From positions 1 to 62,896 of IMG/VR virus record IMGVR_UViG_3300030202_001144: a stretch of 62,896 nucleotides of DNA. One strand, written 5' to 3'. This document shows positions 27,885 to 38,269 of this stretch, piece after piece (position 1 is the first letter of the stretch; every line of letters begins with the position of its first letter). The notes beneath the pieces are model-generated. The model did not search any database. It was not told the origin of the DNA and was given only the letters and a program-made list of their open reading frames with translations. Source of the stretch: a virus. Lineage: Duplodnaviria > Caudoviricetes. A program made the translations under genes and the position numbers.

Positions 27885-30299
27885 TTATCTAGGTTCAAAT
27901 TGTTCTAAATCAAAACCACCTAAAGAATCAAAACCAGCAGATTCAAAATCAGTAGGCAAAGCGTTGTTCTGTCTTTGCTGTATTAATTGAGATTCCTGCG
28001 TGCCTTGCATTTTAATTCTTTTATCTTTTCTGTTTTCTATTTCTTGTTCTTTTCTTCCTTCTGCATCTGCTTTAATTTGAGCTAACTGCATATTGTAATT
28101 AAACTCTTCAGCCATTAATTCTTTTTTAATACTAGCTTCAGTTTGCATACGCTGTATTTCAAATTGAGATTTAGCTTGTTCTATTTGAACTTCAGTTTCA
28201 GCTAACGCTTGTCTTTTCTGCATTTCAGCTAACGTTGCTTGTTCAGCAGCTTGAGCATTAGCAGCAGCTTGAGCTTGTATATTAGCTTGTTGAGCTGCTT
28301 GATCTTTTTCTAATTTCTTCTTACGCTTTTGCTTTAGTAATTGATTAGCTAGTTTTAAATTTTTAACTTGTCTAATATCTATAGCATCGTCTAAATCTAT
28401 ACCACCAGAAGCTAAAGCAACTTGTATGTTTTGTTCAAGCTGTGCTTTTTGCTCTTCGTCTGGTTCTAATTCTAAAAATATACCAAAGTCTTGTAAACTT
28501 TTTTCTTGTAACTCTTCTAATGTACCTGTATTGTATGCAGATATAGAATCTATTAAAGCAGCTCTAGTTAAAGGATATTGAAGAACATCTGCTATTCTTA
28601 ATGAAATGTTTTCACATACTCTTAACGTTAAATACAAACTAGCTTTCATCAAATGTCTTAAAGCTGTGTTAGAATTAGCTGCAGCAATTTTTTGTAAACC
28701 TACTAACGCTTTTACATCAGGAGTACTTGCATCTGTAGCTTCGTTTAATCCGGTCACGTCTCTTATCATTTGTAAATAATATTGATAAGTTTGTATTAAG
28801 CTAGCTATTTTTTGTCCACCTGAAGACGTTTGTAATTCTTGAATAGGTACTTTACCTCTATTTATATCACCTTCTTGCGTCATTGATCTACCAACAATAC
28901 TACCTGTTTGAAAGTACATGTTTAATGCTTCTGCAGGATTATAGTTAGTACCATTACCTAAATCAACTTCAGCTAAACCATCAACATCTACAAAAACACC
29001 ATCTGGAACCATACGAGATAACACTTGTTGTAGTTTTAAATGCGTCAATTGAATCATATCAGCAAAACCTGTAATACGACTTACTGTTGATTCAATCATA
29101 CCCTTATATAATTTAGGAGCACATATACAGTAATTCATATTTACTTTACTAACATTAGAGTTAGGTCTAGTCATATTTTCAGAAAGTTTCCATTCCAACA
29201 TCATATCGTGACCTAATATTTTAGCGCCTGTATATAATACTTCTATAGCTCTACCAACTCTTTCAAAATTGTCATTAACTGGAGGATTAAATGTATCTGG
29301 CTTTTCTAGTGCTTTTTCTAAACCTTGTTCAGTTTGTTTTATTTTAAAAACTTGATTACTATATGTTTTATATTCAAAATATAATACCTGAACCTGATTA
29401 TAAGAATCTTGTTGAGCATAAAAGTTTCTAGTGTAATTAGCATCACCAGGATATTTTTCTATTTTTTCTAACTCTTGATCAGTTAACCATGGAAATTGTT
29501 TTTTTACTTCTACTAAACTCATTGATTTAACTTCACCTACATAGTATATATCTTCAAAATTTGGATCTTCTGTGTAAGAATATACTAGATTAGCAGGATC
29601 AACATAATCAATATCAATTCCATTTGCTAAATTAAAATTAGTTTTTGTTGCACCTATACCTATTACTGTTAAATCTTCTATTAATCTTCTTTTAACTAAC
29701 TCATATTTGTTAGCTTGTAATACGTTGTCAATAGCCTCTTCTTCTGCAATTTCTATAGACTGCTTGTAACTTAGCTGCATATGTAAGTCTAAATCCTCTT
29801 GAGTTTCAGGAATATTATTAGGATCAGCGCTATTAAAGAAATTTAAACCTGTAGCTTCTTTAGTAGCCTGTATCATTTCTTTAGCATACATATCACGCAT
29901 TATAGCGTCTGCGTATTTTGTTCTTTGCTTTAATGACTCAGGATCTTGAGCAAATGCTTTTATATCAAAAATTCTTTGAGACATACCATTAACTATTATA
30001 TCTACAAATTTCGGTATAATAGGAACTGGTTTCCAGTCTAAATTAAGATATGATAAATCACCGTTTACAGCAAGTTCATCTTTATATTTTTGAACGGGTT
30101 GTTCACCTCTAGCATATAGTCTTAGTCTATGAAAATTTAACCAGCTGTTTTGGTATCTGTTACCCATACCTCCTCTATCTCCAGAAAACCACTCTCCTTC
30201 AATAGCTCTACCTACAGCGTAACCATATTCCATTGTTTGCTTTTCCGCGTCCGGTACCACCTGACTAGGAAATGAACCTGCATAATTATATGTTATCAT
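27885..30299 (-). CDS. Portal protein
   Basis: 804 aa directly after TerL; PIIPKFVDI, VTGLNEA motifs; long C-terminal coiled coil (barrel). Confidence 0.85.
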   Translation of the reverse strand: MITYNYAGSFPSQVVPDAEKQTMEYGYAVGRAIEGEWFSGDRGGMGNRYQNSWLNFHRLRLYARGEQPVQKYKDELAVNGDLSYLNLDWKPVPIIPKFVDIIVNGMSQRIFDIKAFAQDPESLKQRTKYADAIMRDMYAKEMIQATKEATGLNFFNSADPNNIPETQEDLDLHMQLSYKQSIEIAEEEAIDNVLQANKYELVKRRLIEDLTVIGIGATKTNFNLANGIDIDYVDPANLVYSYTEDPNFEDIYYVGEVKSMSLVEVKKQFPWLTDQELEKIEKYPGDANYTRNFYAQQDSYNQVQVLYFEYKTYSNQVFKIKQTEQGLEKALEKPDTFNPPVNDNFERVGRAIEVLYTGAKILGHDMMLEWKLSENMTRPNSNVSKVNMNYCICAPKLYKGMIESTVSRITGFADMIQLTHLKLQQVLSRMVPDGVFVDVDGLAEVDLGNGTNYNPAEALNMYFQTGSIVGRSMTQEGDINRGKVPIQELQTSSGGQKIASLIQTYQYYLQMIRDVTGLNEATDASTPDVKALVGLQKIAAANSNTALRHLMKASLYLTLRVCENISLRIADVLQYPLTRAALIDSISAYNTGTLEELQEKSLQDFGIFLELEPDEEQKAQLEQNIQVALASGGIDLDDAIDIRQVKNLKLANQLLKQKRKKKLEKDQAAQQANIQAQAAANAQAAEQATLAEMQKRQALAETEVQIEQAKSQFEIQRMQTEASIKKELMAEEFNYNMQLAQIKADAEGRKEQEIENRKDKRIKMQGTQESQLIQQRQNNALPTDFESAGFDSLGGFDLEQFEPR

Positions 30300-32510
30300 C
30301 TATTTTATTATTTTTGAAATATTTCCTTTATTACTATATTTTTTAAAACCTAATGGTTTTGGTGTTAAAGTTCTAGTAAATATGGGTTTATACATATTTT
30401 TATTACAACCCATTATTGCTAAACCACTACTAATAGAAGCATCGTGTTTTGTTCGATTATTTATATCAAACTTAGCCCAGTCTTCTAATGTTTTTTGAAA
30501 ATACATATCACCATATTTTAAACCTAAATTACCAATGTAAGTTTCTATATATGATTCTATAGCAGCGGCATGCGCTTGTTTAATATCTTCACTTGAGTTA
30601 GGTATTCCACCTATTTCTCTTTCTGTTACTGAAAGTTTCATAAAAAGTTTATCAGGTCTGTTCATGCTAAAACCTCTATAACCTCTTCTTTTAAAATGAT
30701 ACAGCAATCTTGGCTTATTGTTTTCTGCTAATATTGGCATACCATAAAAAATACAAGCCATCAAAACATCTTCAAAAAATATTTCAGCTGTTTGTGGTCT
30801 TGATATATATTCTAAAAAAAACATATTTGGAGGTACGTTTTCCATAGAAAATTTAGTAAGTCCGTGTAACGAACCGTTTGATCCTCTAGAATCTACTGTT
30901 CCAGATATGTCATAAGGGTCACATCCAAAACATCCTGTATGTTCGTTTCCTGGATATTTAACACCATTTTTAATTATAACATTGTTTTGTAAATGTTTAG
31001 GTGGAACCCATGAAACATTAAATCTACCGTTTTCATTTGGCATAAAAATAACTCTAGTATCTTTAACACCATTCTCCCACATAAAAGATCCTTTAGTTAC
31101 TATTTTGTAGCTATTTGTATCTTCGTTAAAATCTATTTGTTCGTATATCTTTACTAGATTAAATAAAGAAGCTTTAGATTCATCTCTAAAAGCATGTTGA
31201 GTTGTTCTTGGAAACTGTCTGTAAAACTCATTTAAAGCGTTTTGATCTTGCTTTAATCCTTCAACTTCATTTTCCCAATATTTAATAACTCCAATATCAA
31301 TTTTATCTCCTCTAGGTCCAATGATTGGTTTTCTAGGTGTGTCGAACACAGGTAATCCATAAGAATCAATGTATCCTTCGTAATTCCATTCCATAGGAAT
31401 GAACAAACTATAGAGTCCCGAACGTGTTTGTCCATTTGCGTTTCTTTGTGTAACATCTGAATCATCATATAATTTTTTAAAATTATCACCACCTTTGTCT
31501 AACGAGTTGCTTGTTGAACCCATCATACATTTTCCAATAATTCTACTACCTAATCTTAGTGTGGTTTTTGTAACCCTCCAGTTGTTGAGGATGTTGTTCG
31601 GCTTCTCCCACTTCCCTGATTCATCATGTACAAGGAGTTTGAGTTTCTCCCCATCGTAGGAGTTATCACCTGTGTTCTTCCAGTCGATGGTGGTATCAAG
31701 TCCTTGTAACTCCTCCACGGTTTCATTGGTTTCGAGTTTACGTCTGGTAAACTTGGAGGCGGGTACACGATAGGCAAGCTCGGTTTTTGGACGATCCATT
31801 CCGTCCTGTATTGGTTTGAAAAAGAAGGGATAATTAACCGAAATTGGAACCACTTTGTCTGTGAACATCTTCTTTGCATCAGGACCGGACTTTGATAATA
31901 TACCATACCTGGAGTCACTTGATATGGTTGCCAGGTTGACCACCTCTCCAGAGGCCATGAAAGAAAACCCGGAACGTCTGTTCTTAAGGTAGCACATCCC
32001 GTAGCATCGTTGATCTGCTTTACAAGCTTCCCAGAAAATAAAGAATAATCTATTTGCTTCTCGAAAGTCTGGTGCCCCGACGTCAATTTTAGACCACTGC
32101 AGGTACATATAATGAGTGCCAGTAATATAAGTAGCTTCATCTTTATTATAAAACCAAAAACCTTCTTCTCTACGAGTAAATTCTTGATCAATATAATCAT
32201 ACCATTTTTCTTTAAAATCTTCTGGATATTGTTTCCAATCAAAAACAGTTTTAATTTTTGATAAAGATTTAGGATACTCTGTTTTATCCCATTTATTATC
32301 TTCAAAACTGTGTATGTTTTTTTGTTTAGGTAAAGCTATTTTAAGGTTTTGTATTTCATATATCTCACCTATTTGACCGCTTTTACTTATTATAACAATA
32401 TCGTGCTCTTTATTATAACCATATTCCCATTTTTTCTTTTTATTGTTTTTACTAACAATATGTGGCTTAATATGATCTTTTAATATTTTATATAAAGTTT
32501 GCGAATACAT
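30300..32510 (-). CDS. terL: Terminase large subunit
   Basis: KNRRSGFS (Walker A-like), LLVHDESGK (Walker B), GST coupling motif, GCDPYD nuclease motif. Confidence 0.92.
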   Translation of the reverse strand: MYSQTLYKILKDHIKPHIVSKNNKKKKWEYGYNKEHDIVIISKSGQIGEIYEIQNLKIALPKQKNIHSFEDNKWDKTEYPKSLSKIKTVFDWKQYPEDFKEKWYDYIDQEFTRREEGFWFYNKDEATYITGTHYMYLQWSKIDVGAPDFREANRLFFIFWEACKADQRCYGMCYLKNRRSGFSFMASGEVVNLATISSDSRYGILSKSGPDAKKMFTDKVVPISVNYPFFFKPIQDGMDRPKTELAYRVPASKFTRRKLETNETVEELQGLDTTIDWKNTGDNSYDGEKLKLLVHDESGKWEKPNNILNNWRVTKTTLRLGSRIIGKCMMGSTSNSLDKGGDNFKKLYDDSDVTQRNANGQTRSGLYSLFIPMEWNYEGYIDSYGLPVFDTPRKPIIGPRGDKIDIGVIKYWENEVEGLKQDQNALNEFYRQFPRTTQHAFRDESKASLFNLVKIYEQIDFNEDTNSYKIVTKGSFMWENGVKDTRVIFMPNENGRFNVSWVPPKHLQNNVIIKNGVKYPGNEHTGCFGCDPYDISGTVDSRGSNGSLHGLTKFSMENVPPNMFFLEYISRPQTAEIFFEDVLMACIFYGMPILAENNKPRLLYHFKRRGYRGFSMNRPDKLFMKLSVTEREIGGIPNSSEDIKQAHAAAIESYIETYIGNLGLKYGDMYFQKTLEDWAKFDINNRTKHDASISSGLAIMGCNKNMYKPIFTRTLTPKPLGFKKYSNKGNISKIIK
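31556..32140 (-). CDS. Putative overprinted lipoprotein-like gene in the +1 frame of terL (194 aa)
   Basis: MKLLILLALIICTC signal/lipobox-like start; frame stop-free for 249 codons; GC rise confined to the overlap. Confidence 0.55.
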   Translation of the reverse strand: MKLLILLALIICTCSGLKLTSGHQTFEKQIDYSLFSGKLVKQINDATGCATLRTDVPGFLSWPLERWSTWQPYQVTPGMVYYQSPVLMQRRCSQTKWFQFRLIIPSFSNQYRTEWIVQKPSLPIVYPPPSLPDVNSKPMKPWRSYKDLIPPSTGRTQVITPTMGRNSNSLYMMNQGSGRSRTTSSTTGGLQKPH

Positions 32511-32788
32511 TACTTAGATCTTCCTTCTGCAAAACCCTTGAAGGTTTTTTCTTTTTTAACTTCTTCTTTTGGCTTATCTTCTAGCATATTTTTTTCTTCT
32601 TCAATACGGTTAAGTATTTCAAAAGCATCAAATATAGCTAGTTTTTTTGTAGCTGCTGCATTTTTAAGTCTGTCTGCAGATATATCATCATCACTATCAA
32701 CAATAGGTTCTTTTGCAACTTTTATTAATTCATCTACTGCTACTTGCCCAGCTTGGATTATATTCTTCTTCGTTTCCTTTATTTTCAT
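32510..32788 (-). CDS. Putative terminase small subunit
   Basis: Small helical protein abutting terL (positional inference). Confidence 0.45.
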   Translation of the reverse strand: MKIKETKKNIIQAGQVAVDELIKVAKEPIVDSDDDISADRLKNAAATKKLAIFDAFEILNRIEEEKNMLEDKPKEEVKKEKTFKGFAEGRSK

Positions 32789-33338
32789 ATTTAATTACAA
32801 TATCATTTGATTTCATACAATAAAGACGTTCTTCGTCTATAACAAACTCCCATTCACCGTATGGAGTATAACCTATTAAGTCTCCTGGATATATTTCTTT
32901 GCTTTCTAAGAAACTATTACCATATTTTAGTATACCTATTAAGTCTTGTTCTTTTTTGCTGCTTAGATTTGATTTGTTTTTTATAGGTTTTACAAAACAT
33001 CTATCATTAAAAGTATTCCAAACATCATTTTGTTTATATAAATAAACTTGATCTGGTTGGCAAAAATATAAATTATCTTTGAACCAAGATCTACTTTTCT
33101 TTTGTTTACCTTTAGTATCATAAAAAACTCTAAAAACGTTTTGATGAACTATAACAATATCTCCCACATTTATTCCGGTATAATAGGCTAAAGGGCATGC
33201 TTTAACAACAGCATGTCTATTAACAAATTTAAAGCTTTCTATTTTAGAATTTACTATTAATTTTTTATCCTCTACCTGAACTTCATTGTTATATGTTTCA
33301 CCTAGGGGTTCTACGATAAAATCATATAAGCTTTTCAT
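32730..33338 (-). CDS. GroES-like tandem-domain protein
   Basis: Two FIVEP/FVKP...GD.V/I repeats resembling the Cpn10 fold. Confidence 0.45.
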   Translation of the reverse strand: MKSLYDFIVEPLGETYNNEVQVEDKKLIVNSKIESFKFVNRHAVVKACPLAYYTGINVGDIVIVHQNVFRVFYDTKGKQKKSRSWFKDNLYFCQPDQVYLYKQNDVWNTFNDRCFVKPIKNKSNLSSKKEQDLIGILKYGNSFLESKEIYPGDLIGYTPYGEWEFVIDEERLYCMKSNDIVIKYENKGNEEEYNPSWASSSR

Positions 33339-33565
33339 TAGTACTCTAAATCATATTCTATTGAAATAGCCATGTTAGAGTTAAACTTCTTCCACGGCAA
33401 AACCTCATTAGATTTTTTTATATGTATGTTGTAAGAATTATCTTTTTCATTAAACAATATGTGTGATATTTCATGACCACCATATACTTGTTGTCCAACT
33501 GCATAATGCATTGCGTCATTCTTATAATCAGTGCCAATACTGATTTTTCTTATATTATTTTCCAT
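33338..33565 (-). CDS. Hypothetical protein
   Basis: ORF track; start moved to MENNIRKISIG. Confidence 0.65.
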   Translation of the reverse strand: MENNIRKISIGTDYKNDAMHYAVGQQVYGGHEISHILFNEKDNSYNIHIKKSNEVLPWKKFNSNMAISIEYDLEY

Positions 33566-33806
33566 TTTCAACCTCATCAATTGATTTTATAGAACCATCT
33601 TTTAAATCAATAGATACATCTCCGTATTTTTCTTGCAATTCATTTTTAGCTTTATCTACAAGTACATTGTTTGATAAAAATTCTTTTACTAATAAATCTT
33701 TTTGAACTTCTAAACTTCCTATTTGTACAGCTATTTCATTAGCTTTGTTATTTAAGTTTTTAACGTTCTCTAATTCTTCCTTTGTAATTTTTTTAGCTTT
33801 TGCCAT
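33555..33806 (-). CDS. Small coiled-coil protein
   Basis: ORF track; KYGDVSIDLKDG tail. Confidence 0.65.
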   Translation of the reverse strand: MAKAKKITKEELENVKNLNNKANEIAVQIGSLEVQKDLLVKEFLSNNVLVDKAKNELQEKYGDVSIDLKDGSIKSIDEVENGK

Positions 33807-33839
33807 AATTTAATAAAATTTAATTGTTTTTAATTGTGT

Positions 33840-34433
33840 TTACTGTAGTAAAACTAAACTTCCTGCAGTTGTAGTAGTACTATTTAATGATTTAAAAGCG
33901 ACTGGTAAAACACCTGAATTTGCAGCCACTGCTATTGTAGTTTCAGAATCATCTGAAGCTAATGTACCAACTATATTACCAGCTGAACCACCTACATAAA
34001 CTGCAACACATTCGTTGTTCCAATATTTAGTAGATACAGGAAAATCAAGATTACCAGCTACTAATGTAACTGTAACTGTTCCTGCGATTGGGTTTTGACC
34101 ATCACTTCCTAGTGGAGCTAAAGCAGCTGCATTAAATATAAAAGTTTCTGTAGCTAAAGCTTTATTGTATGCTTTAGGACCTACATATGTAGCTTTTACA
34201 CTATTAACAGAAGCATTAGGAACACTACTATCAGTTGTTAATTCAAAAGTATAATCAGTTGATTTTGCATATGCTGTTCCACCTGAAGGAACACATACAG
34301 CTGTTTGTGAAGCTGCTAAATTAGCACTAGTATTCGCGCTAATATTTAAAGCAGTATCTTGTTTTACTGTACTTGCAACAAACGGTATTGCTCTAACCGC
34401 GAAATCATTTAAACTTGCTATGTAACTTCCCAT
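33840..34433 (-). CDS. Putative virion structural protein
   Basis: A/S/T-rich beta protein; VYVGGSAGNI...G.LPV C-terminal motif. Confidence 0.5.
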   Translation of the reverse strand: MGSYIASLNDFAVRAIPFVASTVKQDTALNISANTSANLAASQTAVCVPSGGTAYAKSTDYTFELTTDSSVPNASVNSVKATYVGPKAYNKALATETFIFNAAALAPLGSDGQNPIAGTVTVTLVAGNLDFPVSTKYWNNECVAVYVGGSAGNIVGTLASDDSETTIAVAANSGVLPVAFKSLNSTTTTAGSLVLLQ

Positions 34434-34441
34434 TATTTTTT

Positions 34442-34900
34442 TTATTTTTTGTTAAATATATTACTTGCCTTTTCTGTCGTACGTCCGCCGAAATAGGCTA
34501 AAACAACGGCCATCATGACCTTCTCAAAAGTATCGTTCCATAATTCATTTATATGAAATGGTATAGTTTCTACACTATCTAATATTCCAGCAAATGAAAA
34601 AACTATTATACACCATACTAAAACTAAAGGTCGTACGTTTTTTGACATCCATGAATCACTCATAGAATCTGCTTGCCATCTTGATGTTATGGCTTCTATT
34701 TCTTTATTTTGTTGTTCAAAAATTATTTGTTGTAATTTTACTTTATCTTCAGCAGGAGCATCTGATTTAGTAATAGCTTCAATAGCTTCTTTTGGAGATG
34801 TAACACCTTGTAATACATTACCTAATGTAGGGTTTATTACAGATGCAGCGCCAAACAATAATTGACCAACAGTTGTATCTTTAAATTTCTTTTTACTCAT
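34442..34900 (-). CDS. Holin (GTA 3TM holin family)
   Basis: RWQAD..SDSWMSKNVRP and YFGGRT.EK motifs; TM segments. Confidence 0.8.
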   Translation of the reverse strand: MSKKKFKDTTVGQLLFGAASVINPTLGNVLQGVTSPKEAIEAITKSDAPAEDKVKLQQIIFEQQNKEIEAITSRWQADSMSDSWMSKNVRPLVLVWCIIVFSFAGILDSVETIPFHINELWNDTFEKVMMAVVLAYFGGRTTEKASNIFNKK

Positions 34901-34904
34901 CTTT

Positions 34905-34933
34905 TATAATCACTTGATTAACAATGTTTTTAC
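34905..34933 (-). promoter_or_regulatory. Class 2 promoter GTAAA-N15-GTGATTATA
   Basis: Exact consensus; 4 nt before ATG 34900. Confidence 0.7.
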
Positions 34934-36243
34934 TTTTTCTTTCTAGTTGCGTTTATTACTATAGGTTCTGAGCCTGATCCCATGCCTCCACCAGCATCAT
35001 GTATACCATAAAACTCTTGCATAAACTCTTTATCTTCATCTGAAATATAATCTTTATATTTATCAGGTGTAAAAAAGAATTGATCATATGTTTTAAAACC
35101 ACCCGCAGCGCCTTGATCACGTGAAGCTCTACTTAAAAGTTGAGCTTGCATATAACCTCTTTTTGCTTGATCTTTTTCTTTTTCAGTTGCATTTGGATTA
35201 TTTTGTTCCCATTTAGCTAACCAACCACCTTTACCAAGTGTTTGATAATCGTTAGCATCCCAAACACTCATATATGGTAAATTACCTTTAGTACTTACAC
35301 CAGCTCTCATACCACCCATATCAGCACCTAAATAACCTCTACCTAAATTAATATTTTCTTCTCCTGTACCGTAAAAAGTTTTACCTTTGTATAAATCTTT
35401 AAAGTTTTCTTCCATAGATTTATTAGGATTATAACCTGAGTCTTTTAAATCACCTCGATCATCATAAGCTTCAGTGCGACGCATAACGTCAGCTAACGCG
35501 TATGGAAAGTTTTCTCTATATGTTCTTTTATCAAAATTAGAAGAATCTGATTCTAAAGCTTCTGGTTTTATTAAACCATCTCTACCATATAATTCATAAT
35601 TACTAGTAGTATCTACAGCATCGATACCTTTGTCAAATTCATCACCTTTAAGACTATAAGTTTTCATCCAACCATAATCATCTGATTTAGGTGCTTCATC
35701 TTGTACTTTGAACAAATCTTTAGGAGATAAAAATTGATCAGCTAATGTTGGACCACCTTCTGGTTTCCAGCCAACTTGATCTGAACCTGTATAATTTTCA
35801 CCACCCTTAATATTCTCGATTATTTCATTCATACTTACTCCACCGCCTTTACCACCAGATTTAGCCATCATAAATTTAGTAGCACCTTTATATGCTTCAT
35901 TAATTAAAGGATATTTACTAGCAACCTTTCCTATAATAGGATTATCATATAAAAACTTAACACCTCTATCCATTAAACTAGGATTAGACATTTCTATATC
36001 GGGTTGCATAGAAATACTAGCATCATATTCTTCTGCAGTTCTAGGATCTTTTATTCTGCTTAAATCTTCAAATTTTAGATTATCACCCATTGCTACAGCA
36101 TCTTTATAATCTAATACTGTTCCTTCTCTAGTATCATCATCAGTTTGTCTTACTGGCGAAATAACTCTCCCATCTCTACCTAGCGTTCGTTGATTACTAA
36201 GAGTAGGTTGAGGTCTAAAAGGGTTTTTTATTTTAAAAGCCAT
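34930..36243 (-). CDS. Hypothetical protein with MAFK N-terminus (cargo candidate)
   Basis: ORF track; MAFKIKNP...SPVRQ. Confidence 0.7.
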   Translation of the reverse strand: MAFKIKNPFRPQPTLSNQRTLGRDGRVISPVRQTDDDTREGTVLDYKDAVAMGDNLKFEDLSRIKDPRTAEEYDASISMQPDIEMSNPSLMDRGVKFLYDNPIIGKVASKYPLINEAYKGATKFMMAKSGGKGGGVSMNEIIENIKGGENYTGSDQVGWKPEGGPTLADQFLSPKDLFKVQDEAPKSDDYGWMKTYSLKGDEFDKGIDAVDTTSNYELYGRDGLIKPEALESDSSNFDKRTYRENFPYALADVMRRTEAYDDRGDLKDSGYNPNKSMEENFKDLYKGKTFYGTGEENINLGRGYLGADMGGMRAGVSTKGNLPYMSVWDANDYQTLGKGGWLAKWEQNNPNATEKEKDQAKRGYMQAQLLSRASRDQGAAGGFKTYDQFFFTPDKYKDYISDEDKEFMQEFYGIHDAGGGMGSGSEPIVINATRKKK

Positions 36244-37202
36244 TACGAATACATTGATTGATTATCTTGCTCTATATCACCTAACATTTCTTTAGCTGAT
36301 AATTGATTCCATTTAGTTGTTCCAGGTGATTTTTGCTCTTGAAATGCTACATTATTTAAAGCATCAAGTAGTCTTTGTCTTTCTTCTGGTGTATCATATA
36401 AACGTAAAAGATGACTGTTACCACTCGATAAACCAGCTTCACTTATTCTTTTTTCTAATGCTTCAAGGCTTTCTATTTGTTCATTTGGTTTTAATCCTAT
36501 TTGAGCACCAAGTTTATAAAAATTACCATAAAGCTCACTTGGTTGATTTAAATATCTAGCAATACGTCCTTGAGCATCTGAACCTGATCTAGCTTCAGTA
36601 GGACTTCCTAAATACTCTCTAATTATTTTATCTTGTAAATGTCCTGTAGCTACGTGACTTAATTCTTCACCTTTTATTGCGTCATCAGTGTCTGGTAAAA
36701 ACCTAATTTGAGTTTTAGGACCTTCACCAATATAAATTGGCTTTCCATTCATATTATCTTGCATAAAAGTTGCATCAGCATCTTTTCTTCCTACATTAGT
36801 AGTTTCATTATAAGGAACGTTTAAAGTAGATATAATCATTTTGTCAATATCTTCTTCATTCATTTTTTCACCTGTTGCAAATCTAGCTTGCTCCATTAGT
36901 TTTTTTCTTATTTCAGGATCAGTATATCTATCGTAATATCTTTTTTGTGCAGCATCTAAACTATCATAGTCAATTTGACTTAAGTCTGTGTTCATGTTAG
37001 GATTAAAACTAGCCCACTCTTGATCACCTGTACGATATGAATCATCTATGCTACTTCTTTCATATCTCACTATTTGTTTAGGACTTTCTTGTCCATAAGC
37101 AAAACCATAACCTCCTGGTTCATCGCGATTAGGTAATTGTTGAAACCAATCATGATTTTGTTTTAGTGGTGATTTTAAGGGGTTTTTTAATTTAAATGCC
37201 AT
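36243..37202 (-). CDS. Zincin-like protein with degenerate motif (EELSH...YLNQPSE)
   Basis: MAFKLKNPLKSPLKQ start; HExxH-like motif with the first His replaced. Confidence 0.5.
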   Translation of the reverse strand: MAFKLKNPLKSPLKQNHDWFQQLPNRDEPGGYGFAYGQESPKQIVRYERSSIDDSYRTGDQEWASFNPNMNTDLSQIDYDSLDAAQKRYYDRYTDPEIRKKLMEQARFATGEKMNEEDIDKMIISTLNVPYNETTNVGRKDADATFMQDNMNGKPIYIGEGPKTQIRFLPDTDDAIKGEELSHVATGHLQDKIIREYLGSPTEARSGSDAQGRIARYLNQPSELYGNFYKLGAQIGLKPNEQIESLEALEKRISEAGLSSGNSHLLRLYDTPEERQRLLDALNNVAFQEQKSPGTTKWNQLSAKEMLGDIEQDNQSMYS

Positions 37203-37564
37203 TATGAATTTCTATAAGCTTTTTGTTCCCATTTAAATCCTGGCCAACCTTCAGGTCTCCATTTACCTTCATATTTTATTTTACCATTTCTACGAGGATA
37301 TGATACCCCGTCAAATATTAATTCATCTTCGTTATAATCTAAACCTTTAGATCCTCCTGAAGTTCTATAATCTTTTATATCTTGTAAATGAATTAATTCA
37401 TGATTTATAGTACCTTGTTGTTCAGCTGGTGACATTGTTCTTTCAACAAGTATACTACCATTTTTTGTGGCAACACCTAATGTACCTTCCTCCATATCCA
37501 TATTGTATATAGGTGTATTCATACTACAAGTGCAATAAGGTGCACCTTTCATCTTAAATGCCAT
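37202..37564 (-). CDS. Putative zincin metallopeptidase
   Basis: LGVA...G.I...INHELIH...WEQKAY. Confidence 0.65.
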   Translation of the reverse strand: MAFKMKGAPYCTCSMNTPIYNMDMEEGTLGVATKNGSILVERTMSPAEQQGTINHELIHLQDIKDYRTSGGSKGLDYNEDELIFDGVSYPRRNGKIKYEGKWRPEGWPGFKWEQKAYRNS

Positions 37565-37582
37565 AATATTTTTTTTTATAAT

Positions 37583-37604
37583 AGCCCCGGTAAAAACCGG
37601 AGCT
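37583..37604 (-). terminator. Intergenic hairpin, possible terminator
   Basis: AGC-C-CCGGT-AAAA-ACCGG-A-GCT. Confidence 0.45.
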
Positions 37605-37621
37605 TATTATTTTAAAGAACT

Positions 37622-38269
37622 TTATTTGTGTCCTGGACTACAATGTCTAAGTATTGCTGGTCTTCCAGCTAACTTCATAGCAGGTCCATGAGGCTTACCA
37701 TGCTCTTTAGCAGGGTGAGATACATTACCTTTTATGTAATCTCTATGTGTAGCTGATTGATCTCCGTGAGATGAACCGCTATGTCCATGATAACCTTTGT
37801 CAGTACCTTTATAGTTTGCATAATCTATATGAGTAGCTGATTGATCACCTTTCATAGAACCATGTTTTTTAACTGGTGCGTATTCTCTAACAGCTTTATC
37901 AAGCATTCTATTTGGCATGTCGCCTTCAGCTTTACCTTCTTCAATATCTGGTATAGGCATAGCTTTAAGATCTTCGCTTTCTTTTACTGGAAAAGTTTTT
38001 CCTGCATATTCAAAAGATTTGTCTCCTGCTTTTTTAGCTTGTGAAGCTACATAGCCAAAGTTTTGAACCGGCATGTCCATTTCTCTTGCTGGATAATCCA
38101 TTTTAGCTGGATAATCCATTTTAGCTGGATGATGAGTTTCATCATTTTCTAAATAATGTAATCTTGCAGAGGCACTCAAATCTTTATTATGAGCCATTTT
38201 AGCATCATAACGTTCTTCTTGTCTTTTAGAAAACCTTGGGTGGTTTCCTGAATAATGTCCGTGTCCCAT
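37622..38269 (-). CDS. His/Lys-rich low-complexity protein with PAK repeats
   Basis: ORF track; HPAKMDYPAKMDYPAR and two GDQSATHxDY copies. Confidence 0.7.
   Translation of the reverse strand: MGHGHYSGNHPRFSKRQEERYDAKMAHNKDLSASARLHYLENDETHHPAKMDYPAKMDYPAREMDMPVQNFGYVASQAKKAGDKSFEYAGKTFPVKESEDLKAMPIPDIEEGKAEGDMPNRMLDKAVREYAPVKKHGSMKGDQSATHIDYANYKGTDKGYHGHSGSSHGDQSATHRDYIKGNVSHPAKEHGKPHGPAMKLAGRPAILRHCSPGHK
38088..38130. repeat. 18-nt tandem repeat (2.4 copies) encoding PAKMDY
   Basis: GCTGGATAATCCATTTTA x2 plus a partial copy. Confidence 0.9.

Noticed and set aside
31253-31492. Second +1-frame ORF within terL
   Set aside because: Short, AT-rich, no signal features; separated from the nested gene by a stop
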